Shown: piece by piece, positions 26,101 through 36,490 of the stretch | Numbering within the stretch: the first letter of the stretch is position 1 | Layout: every line of letters starts with the position of its first letter | Source of the DNA: Takakia lepidozioides | Lineage: Eukaryota > Plantae > Bryophyta | DNA: 64,000 nt | Assembly (NCBI GenBank): GCA_030704615.1 | Contig: CM060731.1 | Coordinates: forward strand, 41,168,001 to 41,232,000 | Reading direction: 5' to 3' | Made by a program: the position numbers and the translations under genes | Notes under the pieces: model-generated | What the model was told of the DNA's origin: nothing | Database searches by the model: none | What the model saw: the letters and a program-made list of their open reading frames with translations, nothing else

Positions 26101-27415
26101 TGCAGCCTGCAGACGGATCTGCTGTGCAGGAGTCCTTTGTTCTGTCCGGAGACGGTGTGCTGGTGGGTGCAGCACCAGTTCCATCAGGCTCCATCAAGGC
26201 TGCAGTTGTGGATCTGCCCATGGTAACTTGAATGTGGTCCTCTTTTGAAAGTACTTATTTGTACATGTTTCCACATTTGTGCATTTGTATACTGAAACAT
26301 CCTGGGGAAGCAATCCTTGGAGTTTTGTCAAAAAATTCACTTCCATCACTCCCTATCTACCTTGCCCTGTAGGAGCTTCAGATGATGAATGAATTGTTGG
26401 GTGGACGCTGCAGATGCATGTTAATGTATAAAACTCATATTCATGCTCTTTGAAGGAAGAATGGGAGCTGTTGCCAGCAATACAGATGAGTGATAATTCT
26501 ATACACAGGTCCAGTGAGATAACGCATGGGAAAACTATCCTCCAATACATCAGCTGCTCCTTATAACCTTTGTTGGGTATATACTGGCATATCATGGTTG
26601 TTGCAGGTATCTAGCATCCATGCGAAGGTGTATGGGAAAGATGTAGTGAAGGGCAGAAAATTGGCTCGGGAGTATTTTGTGACAGATCTGGGCAGCTCAA
26701 ACGGGACTTACCTCAACAAGTAAGCTCTGACATGCCTCTTTACAAGCTAGCTTTTTCAGATGTTTTAACAACATTTTGTGGTTCAGGTGTCTGCTTGAAG
26801 GCTGTTTTACGTGAAACGTGTATCACGTTACCATTCCCTTTGGATGCTCCGAACAAGTTATAGATTCTCTTGATTCTCTTCTTCGTCTTACATGAAGACA
26901 GATTGGTACTTGTTTATTAACAGGGACAAAACTTGTGTTGTCTTCACTTAAGTGTGTGCTTGTCTGTCAGATCAAAATTGCAACCAAAGGCAGCAGTGAA
27001 GCTCTCAGTTGGTGACCGACTCAGATTTGGGGATGCTGTAAGTGCCAGCCTAACAATATTGCTGTGAGTGAATGCTTAGGGGTTGCACTATGTTAAGCAT
27101 CATGAGTTGAAAGAGAGGCTCTTTCTGTTTACCTCTGGCACACGCTCTTGACACAGCAACGCACAAGTCAGCTTTAGCTCAACTTAAAATTTTAAATTGA
27201 GATACACTTGTAAATTTCTCGAATTGTTAAGTGATAATGCACAAGAAATAGACTCAGCAGGCACTTTGAGATAGACCACCAAGAGAACAATGCACGGTGA
27301 GGGCTATGACTGAGAAACTAGAAGAACGGACATGACCACTAAGGACATGATGTGTTTGTGATTCTGGGGTATTGCATTGCAGGGAGCCACATTTGAGCTC
27401 AAGCTACAGAGCTGA
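23103..27415 (+). CDS. FHA-domain protein with Ala-rich coiled coil, about 11 exons; 3' exons (25419-25771, 26033-26222, 26607-26719, 26971-27037, 27383-27415) are firmer than the 5' exons
   Basis: VSSIHAKV...YFVTDLGSSNGTYLNK...LSVGDRLRFGD...FEL form an FHA C-terminal signature. The 5' exons chain in phase, but the exon-2 donor was not resolved. Confidence 0.75.
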
Positions 27416-30400
27416 CGTCGTAGAATAGCGATGACTTACGCCCGATTGCCGTCAGGAGACTACTGGGCCCAAGATTTGCAACGTGACTGGCTAAGAGGCT
27501 TTAATGAAGCTGGAAATTGACTCCGTGAGGGGAAACCAACTGCAAGTTCCACTAACTCATGGCTTGGAAGTATGGGTTGTACATGAACAAGGTTCTTATT
27601 TCTGGTCTACAGTGTTTAATAGCATCCTGAAGTAGGAGCTGCATGTTGATAAATTTTTCCTCTCGAACTGCCACTGTAAGCTATGTCCTTTCTGCCTCCC
27701 GTCACATCCGTTTCCAGTATTGTAGAAACATCCCCCAAACTCAATATTTGTACTCTGTTTCCTTTCAAATGTCTCTCTAATCCTCAGTGCTCACGTTGTT
27801 TGAGCCAAGGGAGAAGGAAGTGCGTAAGAGTCCGGCCTTATCCAGCATGACAGCGGTCGTACATGCCCGTGTTCTAACTTATCCAATCATCTTCAGAGGT
27901 ATACCCATCTTCACGTTGCTGCCGTCACTCCATAGTCCATGGATAATTCTCATTTCTGACAGCGGTGTGCTCGCTTGTCCAGAAGAAGAGAGTGGAGAAC
28001 ATTCATATTAGTCCAGATGCGTGGGTTTCTAAGACTTGGCAAGCCATTGGAAAATATCCGATCTTGTGCAGAGTGTCATCTCGCTCTGGCGATGCACATG
28101 CTACACAGGGGACAGGCCACGCAGACTCACATGTGAGAGAACTGCTGCAGGGACAATCTATTAGTCAGGTTAATCTAGTCTGTGACTTCCCCATCTCAAC
28201 AACAACAGGTGAACTACAAAGAAAGCTCCACGGTATGCTCTCATTGACTTCCAGCATTTATGTCTCTTTGTCCCAATGCTTCTATGCCACATATCATCTG
28301 CCCAGACCATGTTTACTAGAGCCCTAGATTGCATTGTAATTATGACCATTTGCAGGTTCAGTAAAAGAGAGAGAGACTCCAGCCGAATGGTGAAAGGATT
28401 GAACCCGGGATCACTCAAGGCACAACCACTTTCTGACCAAAATTCAAGAGGTGCATTACACCACAACCTTCTACACAACCCAGCTCATTTATACAACTGA
28501 CAACACCAAACCATACAGGGAAAAAAAAAGAGGGAGGATCATATGTTTTTTAATCATAGCATTTCAATGAGTTACTTTATAACAATCATTTTATGAGAAG
28601 CTAACTAATATATGAATAGTGCACAGCCCAATTGAATTGCACATGACAACGCAATTGATTGTGCATGACAGAGTCCTTTCAGGCACAATGCAGTTGAATT
28701 GTCATCATTTGGCACATGAGGAATTGAAGTGTATCACATTGCACTTCAAGGCCTTGTGGGTATTCAACTGAGTCTCAGCTTGGTTGCCCCACAGAAACAT
28801 CTCCACTCGCAAGGATTTTCTTGCTCAATCACCCCAACTTTATTTGCATAGTACAGTGGGGTTCATTGAAGTTAATAATGACCCACAAGAAAATCCTTTA
28901 CTGGCGGTTAGGCCGCTAGGCTAGCATTTGGTAATATTTATCTGAAGGTGTACAGTGTACAAAGTACAGCATAAACCAACAGGTATCTTACTTAAAGCGA
29001 ATACAGAAGGCTCCTCATTATAAGGCTTCTCATACAGGAGAGGCCATGCTTCAGAAATTGTGTACGCTATGTGAGGGACAACCTCTAACCTGTTCATTGG
29101 CCAGGAGATTCCACCTAACCAATTCTAGGGCATTGTTGTACTATCGTACCAGTTTCCGGGAGGAAAGCATGGAGTCAAGACAGAGAGTGATGTTGTCGTA
29201 TAGCAGCCGTGCATAAGACAACATGATGCATCATTGTGTCTCCCTCTTTCTTTCTTCAAGAAGTAATCCACTGGTTTCGTGTTTGTGCCTTGCTTGTGGT
29301 TCTGCAAATGGGCTGGAAATTGAAATTGGCTGGACATTAACTTACTGCCTACATTGGCAGGTCTCATCCATTGCAATCGCTCCCCCTCATACATCAACAT
29401 CAAATGGATGCTTATGTAATTGTTGAAACAAGATAAGCCACTACGACTAATATTAGACCATGTAGTGATATTGCCATTAGCTCTTTCTATCTTTATCTTT
29501 TCAACTCCACTGCATCACAAAGAGCATCTTATGTTACTAGGTCGAATCCAACATTTTACATATATCGGCCCTCTTTAAATGTTATGCATAAAGAGCATAG
29601 AAAGCATAACATCAACAACAAAAAGGACAGAATTTCAGAATTTAACAATTTTCTCTTTTCTTTTTCATGAGCAGGAACAATCCATGTGGCCTTGGATGAA
29701 ACTTTCTTGAGATTATTGAAGGGAAAAATATTAAAACCCTTGAAGGCCTTTGGCCGCCATAAGGCCCAAACACACGGCGATCAATGATGGATACCCCGGA
29801 GAACTATACTTGAGACAATGATAACTAAAAATAATGCAAGCCAGGAATGCGAACATTCCAGAAGCGAGTGGAGACCCATGAGACAATCCCAAGACACAGT
29901 GCAAATGCAAAGGCCATGGAGAGTGGAGACCAAGAAATTATTGAGTTCAAGGATTCCAAAGAAGAGAATAATCAACCTCTGACATAAGAAGCATAGAGAG
30001 AAAGTAGAGAGAGAAATGAAACTATCCAACTACGGTAGCAGAGCTATCTATGGTAGGAGAGCTTAGTTTTGTGGAAATCTTGACATGCTTCCAGTTGATA
30101 TCTGATTTATCGAACTCTGGGGAAGTGGAAGAGGAAGATTCAGTGTTGCTGCCATTGAAGTGGGATTTGTCGCTGCCATTCGCAAGAGTCAGCCCCAGTG
30201 TAGCTGCATATGATGCTATGATCTGAAAATAATTGAGAAAGAATCGTGACGTTCTGGAGTCTTGTTGATGTCTGCACGCACCTTTTCCCAAGCCACCTTA
30301 GTTACAATTGTAAATATCATACTTAGTGAGGTCAATTATATAGAAAATAATATTATTCATTACCTAATTATAACTAAAATAAAAACAGAAGGTCCGTTTG

Positions 30401-32995
30401 TCGAGTTGAATTGGATGTCCATAAGATTTTGCGGTAGTAACTATGCCTGACCCAATATTGGTTGCTTTCCATCAAACTCCCACAATGTTTCTCCACCGCC
30501 CACTTATTCATGGAGAGGTTATACCATAAGTTACATTTACTTTGACAAGATTCAATCTTCTATCAAACCTAGATAACAAAAGATTGAAAAACCCATAAGG
30601 AAAAACCTTCTATGAGGTGAATGAAGGACAAAACACAAAAACCCTTTGTCGAAGAAGACCTCAATTATATTACAAAACAAGGTGTATAAAAGGCTGTTGC
30701 AACTCCTCACTTGTAACTTTATATATATACAGTCAACCTTGGATAAATGTTACATGTTGTTTTGTTATATCATCACAAATGATATGATTTTTGTACTCTG
30801 TAAAAGTATATACTAAGAATGACAAAAAGAGTGTTATTTGTTATTTGTTATTGAAGTCCTACTCTCCTCCGTGTTAAAGCACCTCTCTAGTTGTTACATT
30901 CAATATACACCTCTAAACTACTTGGATCAAATAAGGAGTAATCTATTATGGCCACTAACAAATCATCTCCATGAATAACAGCCCTAAAGTTGGTGACACG
31001 CTCACTTACACTCAGTTAAGTTAAGTTAACACTCGCTTAAGATGATGTCCACGCACATATGCTTCATCTTTATCTTTAAACACTATGTGAACACCTTCAG
31101 TGCTACTTGAGTGTGAAGATCATTTCAATTTGACTGCATTATTTGAACTGACAGATGAAGAAGAAACCAAGAAGGCGATGAAGAAGAATTAGTAACCTCA
31201 GATGTACCTTTAGTCTCTTACTCTGAGGTCGAAAGGGCTGTAGTGATGAACCAGAACCCGGGGTTTTTAAACTACACTCATGTCGTGCGCGTCAGGGTTA
31301 TCAGCCGATACGAGATCGATTACGACACCGATCCTACACAAGCTTCTTTGCGAGATTTCCTATGACGATCAACATGTCAGTTACTATCAGCCGCGACGAA
31401 GTGGCTAAACTTGTTACATAACATCAGGGATATTGGTCAAGTCTAAGGTACACCAAAGATAACATACCTCAACCTCAACCTGGCAGTGGGGGCCTGACGG
31501 AGGTGGAGGGGATGGTGATACCAGTGGGAGCGGTGGTGACGATTTTGATGGAGGTGCTATTCCAAAACCCTATGGAGAAGGGGGATTCATTTTTCCCAAA
31601 GAGGTTAGTAGATATTCGGTCCGGTTCTTCGTCCAAGCACTGAAATCGGGCGTCAAAGGTCAAGATGATCTGATAGATCCCAACTTTGGGCTTCGACTGA
31701 GTGAGATAGTGGCTGCAGAAGCAGCACGAAAAGATTATAGAGCAACACAACTGGAATTAGTGAGAGGGAGGCATTGATAGACTTCCACGGTCAGATATCA
31801 TTGGATATTTTGTGGAGTGTTGTGTTGCAGAGCCAGTGGACCCAATGCTTCAAGCGACCCATTAGCACCAACTACTATTGGGGTAAGAGCATTAGCTTAT
31901 AAGCATTTGAGATATCTGTTTAGAGTAGAGTAGTTTTATTATTTGTCTTTTGCTGAATGTATTCAAGTTTCTCCCGCTTCTCCTCCTCCGTCAGAGCCCC
32001 TTTCCTTTCCGCTTCAACACGACTTGGTTATGACTGTTATGGCAACACTTCCTACGTGAATGATGCAGGTACTAGTAGTGCCGACTCTTAAGAGGACCAT
32101 TCTCCGCTGCAAGGATTGTGGCGAGGACTCTTGCTTGCATGAGTGCCAGAAGAAGGGCTGACTTGCCAAGACAGTGTGCAAAGTGATATTTAGTTCCTGG
32201 ATTTTTCTAAATGCCTAGTCGAATGTGTCACAAGTTTCATTGTACATTTCTGTAGATCTATCGATCACTTTTGTATAATTTTTTCATGTTGTTATAACTT
32301 TCAACAGTTTTGCCTGCTCATTTGTTTAGCTCCGAACCTGTTGACTTCCCCGTCAGCACATTCCTTGTGAGTGCGTCATGACTTAGAGTTAATACACTTG
32401 GTTCATGAATGTTGTGCAATGGCTTTTGATGGGCGGTACCTTCATGCAGTCCAGTAGAAGGATCTCGACTTTTGAGAGTTTTTAAAAGTCTTGAAAGCAC
32501 AAACTTCACACTAGAACTCATTTGAGCCTACAATGAGGTTTGGATTGAATTTTCTGACTTTGTTAATATCAGCGGTTGGCATGCTAAACTGCAAAACGTT
32601 GCATTGATATGGATTCTGTTGCTCAAACCTACTTCCTACATCCATTTCAAACCTCCGGGATGAGGATCGTGATTTTTGCCAAGTTTTGACCTTCAAATCG
32701 CTACCAAGAAGGAGGCAACCCACTTGCGTTAGGACATTCCGAAATTCTCCCTGCACCGTTACTTCATTTGTATCATCAAAACGTCTTTCCTCATCATATG
32801 GTCGATGTTGTCGATCGAGACTCTCTGCATTTTCAACAAAGACATCTATCTTCGGGAAGATATCCCAAAAGCCCACGTGATTGACAGTACGCTTACAAAT
32901 TCCGGGCCCGGGCTGAGGACCAAAGGAAGGAAGCTCAAATTTCAGCGTCTGTTTAAGCCACTCTTGCATAGTAAGATAACCTGCAACATGGTCAC

Positions 32996-33595
32996 TGTCA
33001 AGGACGAGAACATGACAGAACACAAACAAGAGATCAGACTAGAGGTACAAGACTAGACAAGAAGTCAAGGTCAGCGTGGCCGAATGCATGGTAGGTGAAT
33101 ATGAATCAAGATTATCTTTATAACAATGGAGAAGAGTACAAAATACTGGAACTCGACTCGGATACTGGAATGCTGGAAACTAGACTAGAATACCAGACAC
33201 TGGAAACTGTACTGGATACTGGAAGCTGGACTGGAGTACTGAACTTGGAACAAGAGTAGCTTGAACTTGTGTTGGCGAGACTGAAGAGTGTCCAGTCTCG
33301 CCTCCTATATATACTGGCTACTAAGAAGCTTCCCCTATGGAGGTTTCTTGATGGAGAAGCTTCCTTAAACAAATGAGGTATCTTGATGGAAAAGTTTCCT
33401 CCAAATGAAGCTTTCTGAGTAGTTTCCCAAGTTACTCTTGGTAATTTGGTAAACTTCCGGTAACTTGATAAGTAATGATAAATCATGGTAAATCATGATA
33501 AATCACGATAAGTCATGGTAACTTTTGGTAACATAGTAACTTGATAACTTCTGGTATTTACTCCTGGTAAGTTCCTCTGGGCTATGTCCGTGACA
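32996..33595 (-). repeat. 3' LTR (600 bp)
   Basis: Matches 35855-36490, roughly 93% identical by eye over the first ~290 bp. Confidence 0.95.
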
Positions 33596-34230
33596 TTACC
33601 CCCTCCTCGAGCGCCGAGTTCCTCGAGGAGCGGTAAAATCTTGGACTTGCTTAGAGTTGGAGAAAATCCAAAATCCGACGAATGGTACTTGCCAAATATT
33701 TGACTCTTCGTTCTTGACTCAAATGATTTATAGGTCTCTGTAACCATCGATAGTGTCCAACACCTTGAACTTAGGACCATGCAGTAATTTGAGCATTCTG
33801 ATTTTCGAAGCTATCTTCAAATATGATTTCGTTGCCCTCTGGGTCCAAAGCCTCAACCTCCAACAGAATTATCAGACTTCGAGTAGGCTCCACTTGCCGT
33901 CGTACGAGGTCCAGACGAGGAAGTACGCGTCGCATTGGTGGCCCATCGTCTTGAGAGCGTCGGCGTGATGTTGAAGGTCGTGAGAGTCGGAACGGCTGAT
34001 CTAATAGTTGGGTAAGCGACAACTCCAATGTATCTGGTTTTTGTGACCCATGCTGCCAATACAAGATGCAAGAGTGCTGGAAGTGTAGCTATATATACTT
34101 ATGTGTGGTGCTCCTCCCTCCTTAGCGTGTATCAGGTACATTGAATGTGGAGTCTTCTCCTTGAAACTAGCTTGGCTGACATCATCGTTGTGACGTCTCA
34201 TTAACGTGTAGCTCGGGGCTTAGCTGGATA

Positions 34231-35010
34231 TCATTGATGAAATTCTTGGACTTTGTCAGAGGCATTGACGAGGTTGGATGAAGGTTCCCACGTTCGTTCG
34301 CTGGTGTCGTAGCCTTTCCAATGTACGAAATACTCAAGACGTTTATACTTGATGCGAGAGTCTAGGACTTCGTCGACTTCATACTCAATTTCCTGATTGA
34401 CTTCGATTGGTGGAGGTGGTACGAAAACTCTCCCTGAAATATTCGATGGATGATACAACTCTAATAGTGAAACATGAAAGACTGGATGGATGCGTATACT
34501 TCGTGGGAGTTCAAGCCGAAAACTGACCGGATTTATTTGTCGAATAATTTTGAATGGTCCCAGGCGTTGATAATCCAACTTTTTTGATGGTCGCGAGGTT
34601 TGTATGTCCCGTCGAAGAAGCCACACATGATCTCCGACCTTGAACTGGGGTTGGAGTTGGCGACGTTGATCTGCATACTCCTTGTATTGTTTTTGAGCTT
34701 CTGCGAGGTGGGATGTAAGTTCCTTGTGAATCGTAGCAAGATGAGTAGTAAGGTTTTCTGCAGCAGGGCTTCCAACAGTCTTCGTGTGGAAAGGGTTTGC
34801 TCGAGGATGATGACCATAATTGGAGAAAAATGGAGTTTGCTTGGTCGAAGAATGTATAGTGTTGTTGTTTTAGGCGAACTCAGCCAATGACGGAAGGTCC
34901 GTCCAATTATCTTGGTGATAATTTATCGTACAGTGAAGATACTGCTCCAAAATCTGATTTACACGTTCGGTTTGACCATCAGTCTGTGGATGATTAGCTG
35001 TAGAGAGGTG
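34231..35010 (-). pseudogene. pol: Integrase C-terminal part plus chromodomain, with stops
   Basis: [58 protein letters not shown]...YFVHWKGY...TWEP. Confidence 0.92.
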
Positions 35011-35816
35011 TTTGGTGCCGTAGTAGAAGTGGCATGATGCGTCGTAGACCATCCAGATCGCTTCTCTTGACGTCTTTCGAACAAACGATTATCGCATGCA
35101 ATGACTTGGGTGATGAAATCACTCAGTGTGCTTACGTTTGACATTGTCAGCAGCAAATCTTTTACATTATCTTTTAGTCCACATCGAAACTGACTAATAA
35201 GGCTCTTCTCATTCCAACCGAGGTCGTACGCAAGTTGTCGAAATTCGGCAGCATAAACGGAAGCAGGACGTGCTCCTTGTCGTAGATTTCGCATCTTTGT
35301 TTCTGTAATTCTCTCTCTATCATTTTCTCCAAACGTTACAGTAAACTCGGACATGAATGCTTTAAAATTGTATAGTGAATGCGAATTTTTTTCTAATAGC
35401 GGTACAAACCAAGATAGGGCAGTGCCTGACAGAAGGGTGCCCACGAATCCAACTTGAATACCGTCATCGGGATAGCGTTGTGGATGTAGTCGTAGGAACA
35501 ATCGTACTTGTTGAACAAAACCGCGAAATCTTGATCTCGTCCCATCAAATTTCTCGAGCATGCTAATCTTTGGTTCTCTCGTAATCTGTTGAAGAGGAAC
35601 CGTTGCAGTAGGAGCTGTTGCAGTAGGGACTCGTATGGTTGAAAATCCATTGTTCGACTCCTTTAACTCTGAAATTTGTTGTTGCAAATTGTGGAGAGCG
35701 TTGCCAAGATCTTCAAACTGATCAGCTTGCAATTGGGCGGTAGATGTACGAAGTTCTTGAATTTGGAGCTGAAGACTCTGCAATGTGGTGACCATTTCTG
35801 CAAATGTGCCTTCCAT
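34959..35816 (-). CDS. gag: Retrotransposon Gag (Retrotrans_gag), C-terminally cut by the internal deletion
   Basis: [56 protein letters not shown]. Confidence 0.92.
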   Translation of the reverse strand: MEGTFAEMVTTLQSLQLQIQELRTSTAQLQADQFEDLGNALHNLQQQISELKESNNGFSTIRVPTATAPTATVPLQQITREPKISMLEKFDGTRSRFRGFVQQVRLFLRLHPQRYPDDGIQVGFVGTLLSGTALSWFVPLLEKNSHSLYNFKAFMSEFTVTFGENDRERITETKMRNLRQGARPASVYAAEFRQLAYDLGWNEKSLISQFRCGLKDNVKDLLLTMSNVSTLSDFITQVIACDNRLFERRQEKRSGWSTTHHATSTTAPNTSLQLIIHRLMVKPNV

Positions 35817-35854
35817 CTTAACTAACTAAAGAACAAACTTTAGTCTCGCCAAAC

Positions 35855-36490
35855 TGTCAAGGACGAGAACATGACAGAACACACACAAAAGATCAGACTA
35901 GAGGTACAAGACTAGACAATAAGTCAAGGTCAGCGTGGCCGAATGCATGGTAGGTGAACATAAATCAAGATGATCTTTATAACAATGGAGAATAGTACAA
36001 AATACTGGAACTCGACTCGGATATTGGAATGCTAGAAACTGAACTGGAATACCAGATACTGGAAACTGGATTAGATACTAGAAGCTGGACTGGAGTACTG
36101 GACTTGAAACAAGAGTAGCTTGAATTTGTGTTGGCAAGACTGAAGAGTGTCCAGTCTCGCCTCCTATATATACTAGCTACTAAGAAGCTTCCCCTATGGA
36201 GGTTTCTTGCTGGAGAAGTTTCCAAGATTAAACAAAGGTTTATTGATGGAGAAGCTTCTTTAAACAAATGAGGTATCTTGATGGAGAAGTTTCCTCCAAA
36301 GGAAGCTTCTTGAGTAGTTTCCCAAGTTACTCTTGGTAATTTGGTAAACTCCCGGTAACTTGGTAAGTAATGGCAAATCATGGTAGATCATGGTAAATTA
36401 TGGTAAGTCATAATAACTTTCGGTTACATGGTAACTTGGTAACTTCTGGTATTTACTCCTGGTAAGATCCTCTAGGCTAAGTCCGTGACA
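35855..36490 (-). repeat. 5' LTR (636 bp; carries an extra 36-bp segment relative to the 3' LTR)
   Basis: Plus strand TGTCAAGGAC...TCCGTGACA; TATA-like TATATATA at 36165-36172. Confidence 0.95.

Larger units (their letters stand above)
32996..36490 (-). mobile_element. Ty3/Gypsy chromovirus (Tcn1/Tf1-like), internally deleted non-autonomous copy
   Basis: TG..CA LTRs at both ends, 5-bp TSD GTCAC (32991-32995 and 36491-36495), PPT GAGGAGGGGG just inside the 3' LTR, gag, integrase C-terminus with GPF/Y motif, and chromodomain. Protease, RT and RNase H are absent. Confidence 0.95.

Noticed and set aside
29125-30291. Minus-strand membrane-protein (PGG-like) gene
   Set aside because: Hydrophobic fragments with stops; no consistent exon chain or diagnostic motif could be built.
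33118-33486. 122-aa ORF duplicated at 35977..36381
   Set aside because: Both copies lie inside the LTRs and are Ser-rich translations of short LTR sub-repeats.
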